From Mobula hypostoma (taxonomy: Eukaryota): a stretch of DNA of 64,000 nt. A program made the translations under genes and the position numbers. Below are positions 24,401-38,201 of the stretch, one piece after another (the first letter of the stretch is position 1; every line of letters starts with the position of its first letter). The DNA is taken from contig NC_086099.1 in NCBI RefSeq assembly GCF_963921235.1, forward strand, positions 163,804,001 through 163,868,000, read 5' to 3'. The notes under the pieces were generated by a model. The model did no database searches, was not told the origin of the DNA, and was given only the letters and a program-made list of their open reading frames with translations.

Positions 24401-25489
24401 ATCCTTGATAACGTTCTAATATAATGTTGCTATCCTTTATCCCAGTTTTATTATTGTTCTTACATCAGGATTCAAAAATACACTGTTCCGTCAACATAAG
24501 GTATTCTATCAATTCAATGTGACTTCCCTTTGTATTTCATTTCCTGAATTACAAAATTTAGGATTGCATTTGCTCTTTTTGTCACCTTATCCACTCATTC
24601 CACTGAATTTTTCACCAATTACTAATTTTAATCCTTATTTACAAATTGTGTGGTTGTTGACAGTTTCTTCATTAAATTGTGATGGCTAATTTCCATTGCT
24701 GTAGCCTTTGCACTTCAACCTCGTGCTTTGCTAAGTATTTTTTATTCTCATTACCAGTAGTTCAGTGCCACCAAGTGAAATGTCAATACTACTTGCTTAG
24801 TTCTGAAGATGATCATTTTTGTGATTTATGGGAATCTTTTTACAGGGTGTAATCCTTATCTTTCCTTGCACAGTTAATTGCAATATGATTTAGGTTTCCC
24901 ATCTCTCTTTTTCAAAACCTGCTCAGGTTCTATTCTACATCATCCCAGGCGTGTGGGATGCAATATTTGTACAATAGGTATTTACAATTGAGAAGTAACT
25001 CTGTATTCCCCTATTTAATGTTTTAATAGCACTCTGCCCCTCCTTTTTATTGCAATCCAACCATTAGTTAAACACTTTCTTCCCAACTCCAAGGATCTTT
25101 TTTCAGATCCCAGGGGGATTCCATGAGCAGTTTGGGATAAATGGCCAGATAATCCAATTGGTGTTGAGAAATAAATGTTTTCAAAAGTAGTTGGGAAGAC
25201 CCCTATGTTAATTTGAGAGTAATGTCACAAGAGGTATTATGTACAGTACACCTAATTTGCAGGTTCACTCTCCAATATCACTTCAAAAAGATAGCACTTC
25301 TGAGAGTAGCATAGAAAGCAAGAAAATGAGCATCATGGACTAGTTACACTTGGCAGCTAATGAAATTTCTGCAATTAGAGTCAAAAAGCTGCATTTAATA
25401 ACCTCGCTGCTGCTTGTAGCGTCAGAACAGAGTTAAGCATGTCACTGAAAAGTATGCAAAGAAGGGTAACGGAAGAGATATGGCAAAGA

Positions 25490-25738
25490 ATAGGCCCTTC
25501 GAGCTACGCCGCCCAACAATTCCCTGATTTAATCCTAGCCTAACCACAGGAAGATTTACAATGACCCATTAACCTACCAACCAGTAAGTCTTTGGACTGT
25601 GGGAGGAAACTGGAGCACCCGGAGGAAACCCACACAGTGACAGGAAGAACGTACAAACTCCTTACAGGCAGCCGCAGGAATTGAAACCTGGTCGCTGATA
25701 CTGTAAAGTGTTATGCTAACCACTACAGTACTGTGCAT
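25490..25738 (-). mobile_element. V-SINE (HE1-like)
   Basis: TCTTTGGACTGTGGGAGGAAACTGGAGCACCCGGAGGAAACCCAC V-domain. Confidence 0.85.
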
Positions 25739-26287
25739 CCCAAATTTGCATTCTTATTTAAATTCTGACACTGAAAACATAGAGGGTTTTTTTTCATGCA
25801 ATGCTGAAACCCATGATGTTGTTGGGAGGGTAGATATCAAAATTAAATTTAAAAAGTTAGAATAAGGGATTCAAAAATTGTTCTATTACTTCGCTCCACC
25901 TTTTACACTCGCATCTCTCCTCTTTGTTTCCAGACTTGACCTGAAACCTTGACTGACCATTTCCTCCCATAGGTGTTGCCTGATCATCTGAGCTCCGGTA
26001 CTTACGTGTGTTGCCCAGATTTCCAGCATCTTCACTCTCCTGTGTTTCAATTTTAAAAAAAGTATAATGTTGACGAACAGTTTGAAGGTTTCATTTGCAT
26101 CTAACTACAAAAAGCTACAATAATAAATGTAAATGAACGTTGCAATGACGGCATGTCATCTTGTAGTGAAGGAAGTGGTTTAATAAAAGACTGAGCACTG
26201 AACAGTTTCAAAGATAAAGGCAACATTGATCTAATTCTGGGAAATAAAGGAGAGCGTGTATCTGATATAAGGGTAGAACAAGGTAGG

Positions 26288-26550
26288 GGGCATCCTTTTA
26301 GAACAGAATGAGGATGAATTCCTTCAGCCAGAGAGTGGTGAGGCTGTGAAATTTGTTGCCGCAGGTAGCTGCGGAGGCCAATACTTTATGTATATTTAAG
26401 GCCGAGGTTGCTAGATTTTTGATTGGTCAGGGCATGAAGGGATACAGGGGGAAGGCAGGAGATTGGGGCTGAGGGGAAAAATGGATCAGCCATGATGAAT
26501 GGTGGAGCAGACTCGAATGAGCCAAAGGGCCTAATTCTGCTCCTATGATC
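26288..26550 (+). mobile_element. CR1 3' end
   Basis: Matches 36050-36320. Confidence 0.85.
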
Positions 26551-27361
26551 TAAATTGGAAACCTCAATTGTAAATTAGTTGTGGGGGGAGGCAGTGACAG
26601 ACTGAGGGGATTGTCAAAAATTAACATAATGAGAAAAATTCTAATTTCATTGACGATTCAGATAAATATGAAAGAGGTTGCAAAGATTGAAATCGAATGT
26701 CCACAGATACCAGTTACAGAGGATAAAATGGATCCTGTACAACGATGAATTGATTAAACACTAAACAGATTCATGAAAAGTAAGCCACATCTTGTGATTT
26801 TAACACTGTTTATTGGTGTCTAGAAATGCCTAGTTAATTGCATGCCTATGGATTTTTGGAATGTATTTGATAATGGTATTAGAGAGCTTCTGGGAGCATT
26901 ATTAGAGTTTTGAATAAGGAATGGCTAGTAGTGAAAAGGGGCTGTAAGCAACTTCAGAAAGACATAAAATGGATTAGCAAATTGAAATTAAATGAAATTC
27001 ATGGTCATATATGTAAGTTAACATTCTGGAAAGAGCAATGAAATGATATACTCTCCAAGTGATTACATTTTAGAAAGGGTAGAGAGGTAGAAGGCATTGA
27101 GCTTTAGGTATAAAAATAATTACAGTTGTAAACTGATACAGGTTTGACAAAAGCATTGAATTCCAGATTTTCTAAATTGCATATTGAGTTTAAAAGTAAC
27201 AAGGTGATGCTAACCTACACAAACTATTAACTGAGCTGCAATTAAAATACCTTGTATTCAGATTACAGGAGCTGCTTTTAGGAAAGATTAAAATCTTGCT
27301 GCACTTCAAGGTAAAAGTCTGTGAGAAAATGGCAACAATAAGGAGAGATTAAAGAAACTAA

Positions 27362-28335
27362 GGAAACACAAGAGACTGCAACTGCTGGAATCTAAAGCAA
27401 AGCACAAACAAACTGCTGGAGCATCTCAACAGGTTAAACACCATCAGTGCAGGCAGAAAGATGGTTGACATTTCAGGTCAAGGCCCAGCACTAAGACTGA
27501 GGGCGTAGAGGGAAGGTGGACACCGCAATCTAGTAAACTGGTAGGTAATAGTTGAAACTAAGAGAGTTGGGGATGAAAGACAGACATAATCAAATAAGGG
27601 GAAAGGAGGGGAGAGTTTAGAGAAAGAGGCTGGTAAGTGATAGGTGGAAACTGATAAGGAAAAAAATGGAGGAATAAGAGGCTGATGGAACAAAATGGGG
27701 GGGGGGGGGTGTAGGAAAAGTAAACTAGGAAAGAAGAAACCCGGGTACAGAGGTGTGTGGGTAATGAAGACAGATACAGGTAGGAGCGGGTGATAAATCT
27801 ACATAACAAGGAGGTGAGGGAGATGAACAAGATGAACATAGAGGGATTGAATCTAAGTAAACCAGAAGGAATGAACACTCTTTGAGACTCCCTGGTCTGT
27901 TCAAGCCTCTCCACTCACTCTCCCCAATTCACCTTTTCCATTCCTCCCTCCTCCCTACCAACTACACACCCAAATTCATTCATTACCCTCTACCAACTAG
28001 TTGCACCTGCTTATCAACCCTCTCTTAATCAGCTCCACTATCATCTTACAGCCACTGACTGTACCTTTCCCCTCCTCTCTCTGTACCTGGTTCCATCTGC
28101 CAATTTATCCACCATCACCCGCCAGTCTCTAGTTCAAACCTCCCCTGGCCTCACCCGGTTCCATCTGTGCATCAATTCCTAATATTGTCTGATTTCAACT
28201 TCTATCTCACTCCTCCCTCTCTCTTCTTCATACTCCCCTCTGCTCTCACAGTCCTGAAGCAAGATCTCAATTTGTAACCTTGACCATCTCTTTGCCTCCA
28301 TAGATACTGCCTGACATGCTGAGTTCCTCCAGCCA
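27362..28335. mobile_element. Old inverted (head-to-head) PLE family B 3' UTR pair; another pseudo-LTR follows at 28430-28575
   Basis: Purine-rich arm then pyrimidine-rich arm, each ending in pseudo-LTR sequence related to 10620-10760. Confidence 0.65.
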
Positions 28336-30229
28336 TTTCACTGAAGGTGCTCAGGTTATTTTCACTTGGGATAGAACTCAGAGCAAAGAACTGAAATAAG
28401 TCAAAATATGGAAGGGATATAATAAAGAGATCCAAGAGATCCTGCAGGTACTGGAAATCTTGAGCAAAGCACAAAATTCTGGAAGAACTCAACAAGCCAG
28501 ACAGCATATAATGGGGGGGGGGGGGGGGGTCCAGGAGTAAACAGTTCACTTTTTTGGCCCAGACTCTTCATCAGGGATTTGATAAAATTAATAGGAAAAA
28601 ATCAATCCCTGGAAAATATAAATGGAAGATCAACACCATGACAGAAGAGATGAGAATGATTACTTTCTCCCTGGTTAGCTGTTGGGAAAAGAGTGGAAAT
28701 GTGACTGAACTGTGAGCAGGAAGTATTGTGAGTGGCAGTTTGTATACATTGAGCATTGATAATAAATGTACATTTGATCATATCAGTATTCCAACCAAGT
28801 TACCAATTGCAATTTTGGCCAACTCAATTCGAAAAGCCACGTTAGAGTTTTTTTGATAAATGATTCTCTAAGTATGGAGGAGTTCATTCTGATTGTTGGT
28901 CAAAGATTTAGTGTCAGCGTTAAGAGTTCATAGTGTAAAGTCTGGAGTATATTTTACATTAATAAGGTATTAATTGACATCAATTAAGCCATAATAAATA
29001 GAAAGGAATCTCATTTAATTGAGCACGTATGGATACAATGGTATTATTAAAATGCTGGTACTAAACATGGGATCAGTTTGTACTCTTAGAGTCAGAAAAT
29101 CACTGAACAATTTATATTGTCATATTCATAGAAAGGTCACAATTATAAATGAAGCTTTGACAGTTGAATCACAATTGCATTTGTGTGTACAATGCCACCT
29201 TGTGGAAACATTTGAGGATAGCTTTTTAAATATTAGATGCTCTCTGAATAGCCTATGTTTGAAATACATGGCAAGATATTTTTAAATCCATTTATGATTG
29301 TTGCTAACCAGGCCATCCCTAATTGCCCTAGAGACAATAGCAATAAGCAACCACTTGAACTACTGCAGTCCAAGAGAATGTCTGAAGATGACCCTATTAA
29401 CTCCAGAAACCACAGAATGATACAGAGAATTTGTTTTAGGCTATCATTGATAACCACAGGCTTTCTGTCTTGCAGGTTTCCCTCTGGGAAGGGTAAAGGA
29501 TAAAAACAGGTGCTGAATCAAAATAAAATGATGGAATTATAATCTTGTTCAAAGGTCACTAACTAACAGACATGTAACAGATTTCCTTTGCCTTCAGAAT
29601 TGCTGGCACAATGCCAATGAGTAAATAGATTTGTGATCCAGACTTTCTGGGTACTAATGTACTGTTACCAATTTTAGAAGGTAAAATAAGGGGTGAATGA
29701 AGCTTTACTGCTGCCATTTTATGATGGTCTACTTTGCCAAACTTTCTGATCTTCTACCTGTGTGCCATTTTCCATCTCTATCATCCTGCCTCCTGGCTCT
29801 GTTCAAATCCAAAAATCAATCACTGTCTCTTTTAAATGGATGCAGTGATTGAGTCTGCACAACCCTCCAGGTTCACCATATGCTGATTGAAGAAATTTCT
29901 CCTAATTTCAGTTCTAAAGGTCCTACCCCTTTTCTAAACTGTATCTCTGGTCCAGCAGACTTCAGCTAATGGAAGCACATTCTCTGCATCTAGTCTATTG
30001 AGCCCTTTAAGAATTTTAGATCAATGGTGGGTCTTTAGTATAGTTTGCAGGGAAAGAGACATCGACAAAATGTGAGGCTTTTAAAAGTATGATGACAACT
30101 ATTCAGGGCTTGCACATTCCTCTGGGGTGAAGGGCAGGTTTCAGGAGCCCTGATTAATAAGAGATTTTGAGATTTGGATTAATATAAAGAGGGAGATATA
30201 CATTGCATTTAAGCAATTGGGAACTAGTG

Positions 30230-31090
30230 AACTTCTTGCTGACTGAAGAAGTCTACCAAAGCTCTTAAGAAAGGTGTTGGTAGGGCAAAAAGAGGACATG
30301 AGAGGGATCTAGCAGGCAAGGTGAGGCACAATCTTAAGTGATTTTACAGGTATTTAAAAGAATAGCTAGGTGGAGAATAGGTCTTGCTAAAGATCAGTGT
30401 GACCATCTGTGTGTGGATCCAAAAAAAAATGGGACTTTTTAAGGAATATTTCTCTTCAGTTTTTATTGTGGCAGAAATGTTGGAAGCTGGAACAATGGGG
30501 GAAATGAATATGAATTAACAGGGCTAGAGATATTGGTGCCTTACAGTACATGAAGTTGGTGAAATTCTTGCCAGACTTAATGCATCCTTGGACCTTGTGG
30601 GTAGCAAGAGAAGAAATTGCATAGTGTTACAGAAAATTTTACTCATCTCTGGCCACAGGAGAGATTCCAGTCAATTGGAAAGTGACTAATTGGTACCATT
30701 CTTTAAAAAGGGTAGGCAAAAACAAACTAGAAATTTACAGGCCTGTGAGTCTGACATTGCAGAAGAAAATTCTTAGGGACAGGATCTGCCATCATTTGGA
30801 GAGAGAGAGAGATTGATAGGCACACTTAACATAGCTTTGTGCATGGGAAGTCATGCCTGACAAATCCCTTGGAGTTCTTCAAGGAGGTAGCCAAGAGAAT
30901 AGACAAGGATGGGGCAGTAGATGTTGTCAATATGAACTTATTGAAGGCATTCGATATGGCCCCTCATCGTTGGCTAGTCTGGAAGTTTAGATCATATGGG
31001 ATTCAACAGGGAAATAGCTGATTGGATTCATAATTGACTCAGTTCTAGGAAACTGAGGAGGCCTGTGCAGAGTTGTGTGTCACAGGAGAC
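30230..31090 (+). mobile_element. Degenerate CR1 RT fragment
   Basis: GKSCLTNPLEFFKEV...AVDVVNMNLLKAFDMAPH. Confidence 0.85.
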
Positions 31091-31664
31091 ATAAGGACGG
31101 GGTGCCAAAAGTCCATCAAATAATATGATAGGAAAGGTGATCAATAGATTGATCAAAGGGGTAGGATTTTAAGAACATCTTAAGGAAGAAAAGTAGTGAG
31201 AAAGGAGGTTTTAACAGAAATCTGCGAGCTTTACACCTTGGTAGCTGTTTGTAAAATTAAAGCATTGTTTCATCAGGAGCCATTGTAAATCAGCAGACAC
31301 CACTGGTGGGTGAAAAGAGCTTGATAATGGATTAGGAACCAGGAAATCTTTGAATCTCCTCAAGCTGACAAGGTTAGATTGGCCAGCAATCTGTTGAAAT
31401 AATTGTTACAAAGGTTACTGTCAGGGCTTTGACAGTTACTGAATGGAGCAGGTGCAGATTCAGGTGAAAAAATGGTAACAATAAGCCATCTGAAAATGAG
31501 ATCCAGAGCTCATTTTGAACTAAAACATGGCCTTGGTGTTGTGAACCAATTGACTTATTTTTGGAAAGTTAACATGCATGGAATCTCTAGCTAGGAATGA
31601 AGGCTTGGATTTTTCCTAACTTTTAGTTAGAGAAAACTGTTGCTTATCCAGTGCTACATTTCTA

Positions 31665-33175
31665 CTTTTTCCATTCAAGAGCATTGGTGTTTCCATACCA
31701 GATGGTGATGCAACCAGTCAACATACTCTCCATCACATATACCTTTAGAAGTTTGTCAAAGTTTTAGATGCCATGCCGCATCTTTGCAAACTTCTAAGGA
31801 AGTAAAGGCACTGCCGTGATTTCTTTGTAATTACACCTACATGCTGGGCCCAGCCCAGTCCTCCTGTATGATAATGCCGAGGAACTTAAAGTCGCTGATC
31901 CTCTCCTGCTGGGATCCCTTGACGGGAACTGGCTCATGGATCTCCGGTTTCCTCCTCTGAAGTTAACGATCATCTCCTTGGTCTTGATTACATTGAGTGA
32001 GAGGTAGTTGTTGTAACACCACAAAGCCAAATTTTCAACCTCCCTTCCATGTACTGATTTGTCACCATCTTTGATTCAGCCGGCAACAGTGATGTTGTCA
32101 GCACACTTAAATATGGCATTGGAGCGGTGCGTAGCCACGCATTCATAAGTATAAAGTAGAGCAGTGGTGCACCTGTACTGATGGAGATTGTAGAGGAGGT
32201 GCTGTTGCCAATCCCAACTGACAGGGGTTTGCAAGTAAGGAAATTGAAAATCCAATTGCACAAGGAGAAATCGAGGCCAAGGTCCTGAGGGTTATTGATT
32301 AGTTTAAAGGGGATGATAGTAGTGAATGCCAAACTGTATTTGATAAAGAATATCCTGATGTTTGCATCTTGTCTGTTGAGATGTTCCAGGGTTGAGTGAA
32401 GAGCCAATGAAATGGCATCTGCCGTGGACCTCTTGTGCCAGTAATCAAAATGGAATGATATCAAGCCACTTCTCAGGAGGCAGTTGGTATGTCTCATTGC
32501 CAACCTAAAATCACTTCATCACTGAGAATGTAAATGCCTCTGGACAATAGTCATTGAGGCAGCTCACCATGTTCTTCGTAGGCACCGGTATAATTGAAGC
32601 CTACTTGAAGCACCTACTTCTTGAAACTTATTAGAGAAAGCCCAGTCCAGTGTGGGTAAAGCCCTTCCCACCATTGAGCACATCTACACAGAATGTTGTC
32701 ACAGGAAAGCAGCATCCAGCATAAGGGACCCTACCAACTAGGATCTGCTCTCTTCTCACTGCTGCTATCAGGAAGAAGGTACTGGAGCCTCAGGACTCAC
32801 CACCACCAGGTTCAGGAAAAGTTATTACCCCTCAAGCATCAGACCCTTCAATCAGAGGGAGTAACTTCACTTGCCCCATCACCGAGTCCATGGGTTCCCA
32901 CAACTATTGACTCACTTTCGAGGACTCCTCATCTCATGTTCTCGATATTTATTGACTGTTTATTTAGTATTATTAATATTATTATTTCTTCCTTTCTCTT
33001 TACATTTGCACAATTTCTTGTCTTTCGCACACTGGTTATCCACCCTGCTGATGCGGTCTTTCATTGATTCTATCAGTAATTGGATTTATTGAGTATGTCT
33101 GCAAGTAAATGAATCTCAGAGTTGTGTACGGTGATATGTACTTTGATAACAGATTTTCTTTGAACTTTGAACTTT
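31665..33175. mobile_element. Rex1/Babar-type LINE with inverted 5' part (minus 31665-32610, plus 32630-33175)
   Basis: Minus: STADAISLALHSTLEHL...WCYNNYLSLNVIKTKEMIV...WYGNTNALEW. Plus: AQSSVGKALPTIEHIY... then a 3' UTR with a CTTTGAA tail. Confidence 0.85.
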
Positions 33176-33744
33176 GAGATTTATGCACTAACATTTCCCA
33201 GCTCGATGCAGCCACCACCACTGCAGTTTGGACGATGTTGTCAGGGGGTTGTTTATAGATGCAAACAGGTTTATTGATTCTTCTGCATTTTTTTTTACAA
33301 CCATTTACTGCTTTGCTCTCCCCAAGGTAAATCAGATGAAAGGATATGGCAGTAAAGCTAAATGCCATCCAGAAACGTTATAATCTCTCCCATTATAGAG
33401 ACACTCATTCTTTTTGTTGAGCGCACGCAATCTATATGTTTCATCTGTATCAATAAATTGCTGATTAATGATTCTATGCATTTTGCAAAGGAAACAATGT
33501 TGCTTTTGCTAAATCCAATAGATAAAAAGAAATTTGAAAGGCTTAAAGTTAATAGCAGATATTACCACAAAGGACCATGGAAGCCTTCATGAAAGTAAGT
33601 TATCATGCCTTTGAGTTAACAAAAACCGTCAACAGAACATTACTTCTTGTCCTGAGCCAGGTCCAATATTGACCAGGTAAAAGAACTTGTCTCAAGAGTT
33701 TTATTTTGAGGTGTATTTTCAATGAGGAAGGAGAGAGGTAGGCA

Positions 33745-33843
33745 GACAAAGCAACACACACAAAATGCTGGAGGAACTCAGCAGGTCAGACAGCGTCTGT
33801 GGAATAAACAGTCAACGTTTCTGACCGAGCCCCTTCATCAGGA
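33745..33843 (-). mobile_element. PLE family B pseudo-LTR with hammerhead core
   Basis: Minus strand CCTGATGAAGGGGCTCGGTCAGAAACGTTGACT. Confidence 0.8.
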
Positions 33844-34054
33844 TCAGACAAAAGTTAGAGGGAGGATTCCAGAGCTTAGTTTCTTGAAAGCAGAAGTTAC
33901 ACATGTTAGTTGTATAGTGACTAAAATCATTATGTCCAAAGTAGTAAAATGAGGTATGCAATATTCTTGCAAAGTTGTAGGGCTGAAAAATGGATGCAGG
34001 CATAGCAAAGGGTGTCCCCATGAAGAAAAGGCGACAGAATAATATTATTTGGCA

Positions 34055-34660
34055 GAGCAATGGCAAATGAAATTTAATTCTGGTATGTATAACGTGACAT
34101 ATTTAAGAGTCTAGACATGATGAGTGGTAAACCACAGAGGGTATTGAGAAATGAAGAACATTGAAGTACAAATCCAAGGATCCCTAAAGGTGACAGCCAG
34201 GTAGAAAAAAATATTGAAGAAAGCATACCAGGTACTTGCCTTCATCAGCTGTGACACAGAATGTAAGAACAGGGAAGTTGTGGTACATTGGTGCAAAACA
34301 CAGCTGAAGTACACCGAACCCGAGAGGAACTCAGCGGGTCAGGCTGCATGGATGGAAAAAAGTAAGTAGTCGACATTTCAAACTGGACCCAGTCCTGAAG
34401 AAGGGCCTCGGCCCAAACCGTTGGCTGTTTATTCCTTTCCATAGATGTTGCCTGACTTGCTGAGTACGTCCAGCATTTTGTGTGTGTTGCTCTGGATTTC
34501 CAGCATCTACTGAAGAATCTCATGTATTAATGAAATACAATGTGCAGTTCTGTTTACCACACTGTGGGATGGATAGATTACAGAGGAGAGAATGCAGAGG
34601 GGATTAATCAGGATCGAGTGTTTCAGTCACGAGGGCAGACTAAATAGGCGGGGTTGAATT
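34055..34660 (+). mobile_element. CR1 fragment interrupted by an inverted PLE mini-element (~34315-34525)
   Basis: WAEQWQMKFN region. The insert has inverted pseudo-LTR arms and AGTCCTGAAGAAGGGCCTCGGCCCAAACCG. Confidence 0.75.
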
Positions 34661-34664
34661 TCAA

Positions 34665-34800
34665 AACCACAAGAGATTCTGCAGATGCTGGAATTCCAGA
34701 GTAACCCACCCAAAATGCTGAAGGAACTCAGCAGGCAGTAAGTGCCCATGGAAGGGAATAAAAAGTTGACGTTTCGGGCCAGGATCCTTCATCAGGACGA
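34665..34800 (-). mobile_element. PLE family B pseudo-LTR with near-intact hammerhead core
   Basis: Minus strand GTCCTGATGAAGGATCCTGGCCCGAAACGTCAACT (34764-34798). Confidence 0.8.
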
Positions 34801-35482
34801 AGGGTCATGTGTGATTCCATGATAGGCTTAATTGCATAGGACTATTTATTGAAGTCATACACCAGCATTAACCATGTGATGTCACTAATATTCTGTGGCC
34901 ATGCATTTCCTAAGGCCCTGCTGACAACTTGATCTCACAAAGTGAGAACAAAATAGTCATAATGAGGGTACACCAGCTTTCTGGTTTATATTTTGTGTCG
35001 CAGTTGGCACTAGTAAATAGAACAAAAGCAGGACAGCGTTCCGGATAAATGTTTTATCTTTGCATTCCCAGAACAGAATTGTGTATCTATTATGCATGGA
35101 AGATGCTGCAGGCCATATTACGTGTGTCTCTGGGAACTCTATGCTGGGAACATTGAATCTAGATCTTGTTTTCTCAGTGTTATTAAGACCATGCCTTTTC
35201 CCTACATTTATCTCAGGATGACAACTTTAATTGAATTGAAAATCAAATTTATTTGGGTTATCCACTAACTGATTGCATATTTAGATGGATTATAGTAGGC
35301 TAATTAAAATAGTGTCATTGAAACTGCTTATTGTGCCAAACCTGTCAAGTCAGAAGGTATATTGAACAGAGCAAAACATATCACATTACAACTCATAGTC
35401 AGACATACTGGTTAATATGAATCAAAACATAGAAAACCTCTTGTAAAATCATGTCAATTGATCAGCTACCATTCTACATTCC

Positions 35483-36320
35483 CAGATGGAATATACAGTG
35501 TTGGGAAGTGTATGGTCACGCACTTTGACAGAAGAAATCAAAGAGTACATTATTTTATAAATGGAGAAAAAAATTTAAAAATCTGAGGTGCAAAGGGACT
35601 TGGGAGACCTCGTGGAGAATTCCCTAAAGGTTAATTTGCTGGCTGAGTTGGTGGCAAATGCATTGTTAGCATTCATTTCAATAGGATTAGAATATAAACA
35701 CAAGGATGCAATGCTGAGGCTATATAAGGTACTGGTGAAGCAATGGGAGCATACCCCACGTACTCACTTGGAATATTGTGAGCAGTTTTGGGCCCCTTAT
35801 CTTAGAAAGAATGTGCTGGCATTGGCGAGGGTTCAGAGGAGGTTTAATGAAAATGATTCCGGGAATGAAAAGCTTATCATATGAGGAGCATTTGATGGTT
35901 CTGGGCCTGTATTCACTGGATTCAGAAGAAAGTGGGGTGACCTCATTGAGACCCATTGAATGTTGAAAGGCCTCAACAGAGTGAATGTGGAGAGGATGTT
36001 TCGTATAGTTGGAGAGCCTAAGACTAGAAGGCATAGCCTCCGAATAGACAGACATCCATTTAGCATGGAGATGAAGAGGAATTTCTTTAGCCAGAGAGTG
36101 CAGAATCTGTGGAATTCATTGCCACAGGCAGCTGTGGAGGCCAAGTCATTGGGTATATTTAAGGCAGAAGTTGATAGATTCTTGATTAGTCAGAGCATGA
36201 ACACATATGGGGAGAAAGCAGGAGATTGGGGCTGAGAGGGAAATGGATCAGCCATGATGAAATGGTGGAGCAAACTCTTTGGGCCTAATGGCCCAATTCT
36301 CTCCTGTATCTTATGGTCTT
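35483..36320 (+). mobile_element. CR1 3' part
   Basis: QRDLG...HLEYCEQFWAPYL...RNFFSQRVQNLWNSLP, then a TCTTATGG tail. Confidence 0.93.
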
Positions 36321-36419
36321 AAAATCTTTATCCAATATTGAGATGAATGCTTTGGATTATCCAATGCAAGGACAAAAAGAGAACAGTTGCTTCTAAATCT
36401 TTTATGATAAAAGATATTA

Positions 36420-37027
36420 TCCTGATCAAAAAGGTGCAACAGCGCCTTTATTTCCTGCGGAGCATGAAGAAAGCTCACCTTTGTCCCAGGATACTGACGG
36501 GCTCTTATCACTGTACCATTGAGAGCATACTCACCAACTGCATCTCAGTGTGGTATGGCAATTGTCCCGTATTGGACCACAAAGCACTCCAGCGTGTGGT
36601 GAAAACTGCCCAGCGGATTATCGGCACCCAATTAACCACCATTGAGAACATCTACCATAAACGCTGCCTGGGCAGGGTGAAAAGCATTATCAGGGATGCA
36701 TCTCACCCTAACCACAGACTTCTTACTCTTCTCCCATCCGGTAGGCGCTACAGGAGCCTCCGCTCCCGCACCAGCAGGCACAGGAAGAGCATCTTCCCTG
36801 AGGCTGTGACCCTGCTGAACCTCACATCACAGCGCTAAGCAGTATTGCATCCGTATTGTACTGTCTCAGTACTTCTATATTTGTGTGCTGTAGCACTTTA
36901 TTTATTCACAGTTATTTTGTAAATAACACTATTCTTTGCATTTCTGGTCAGATACTAAATGCATTTAATTGGCTTTGTATCTGTACTCGACATAATGACA
37001 ATAAAGTTAAATCTAATCTAATCTAAT
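36420..37027 (+). mobile_element. Young Rex1/Babar-type LINE 3' end
   Basis: KKVQQRLYFLR...IESILTNCISVWYGNC...LLPSGRRYRSL, then AATAAA and an (AATCT)n tail. Confidence 0.93.
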
Positions 37028-38201
37028 AATTTGATTATCACTTCAAAAAATAATGACACCTCCAGGAATGTGGAAAGTTTAAAAGGTGTTTGTTATTAAA
37101 GATGTCTATCTGAATACAGGATCTGAGTTTAGGATAAAGAAAAAGAAACAATTTCAAAGCTCCCTGTCCCAAGGCATCTCACTCCAGTGCCTTTTGGGGT
37201 AGCACAGTGATACAGCTAGTAAAAATGTTACCTCATAGCTCCTGTAACCTGGGTTTAATTCTGACCTCTGGTACTGGGGCTTGTATGTTCTCCCTGGAAC
37301 CAGATGGGTCCAGCCTCCTCCATTGCCGAAAGTATGTAAATGAGTGATGACGTTTGGTGGTAGAGAACAGATGAGTGCAGGGGAATGTGTGGAGAGTAAA
37401 ATAACACAAGTGTGAATGTATATAAAAATAGAAAATACTGGAAAAACTTAGCGGGCCAAGCAGCATCTGTGAAGGCAAGGGGACAGTCAACGTTTCATGC
37501 CTGACCCTGCATCAGGATTTGTTCCAAATTCCAGCACCTGTGGTTCCTTCAGCATCCTTTGGGCTGTATTATAATGGAGAAAGAGGCCACAGACAGAAAT
37601 GTGATGATGAATTAAGAGGATGGCAACCAGAAGCTTGGGGCAACTCCTGCTTGTCAGTTGTGCAGTCTGCATTTGGTTTCTCTTTTGTAGAGGGGGCCTT
37701 ATTGTGAATGCTGAACAGAGCAGCGGAAGTGCAAATGAATTGCTGCTACACTTTGAAGATCAGCTTGGGTTACTGGATGGTGTGCAGGGAGAGAATAAGG
37801 GGATCTGTGCCTAATGGTGGAAGTTTATTGAAGATGGGACGGGGTGGGGGGTGGTATTATGAAATTGATCTGTATGGAGACTGATGGTGTGGAAGGTAAG
37901 AACTGTGTTCTCCCTCTGTCCAGGAGAAGAAGAGGTGAGAAAGTAGATGAAATGCAGTTGGCATCCATCACGTATAGCTGTGAAATATTGTGCCTTTTTG
38001 GAAAATTAGGGAAGGCAAAGAAAGCACTGGAAATGTTGAAATTTTATTTGGGGAAGCAATTCAAATTTTAAATTAGTGCAGAAGTATTTTTCCGCTTTTA
38101 ATAAGATTCTTTGATCTCGGTCGATCATGATTCTGAATTCATGCGCTGTCTGCAGAATTCAAATTGTTGTCAAGCATTGGGTCAGAAATTCCTGTTTATG
38201 T

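Noticed and set aside
36347-36838. 163-aa ORF as a host gene
   Set aside because: It is the C-terminus of a Rex1/Babar ORF followed by its 3' UTR and (AATCT)n tail.
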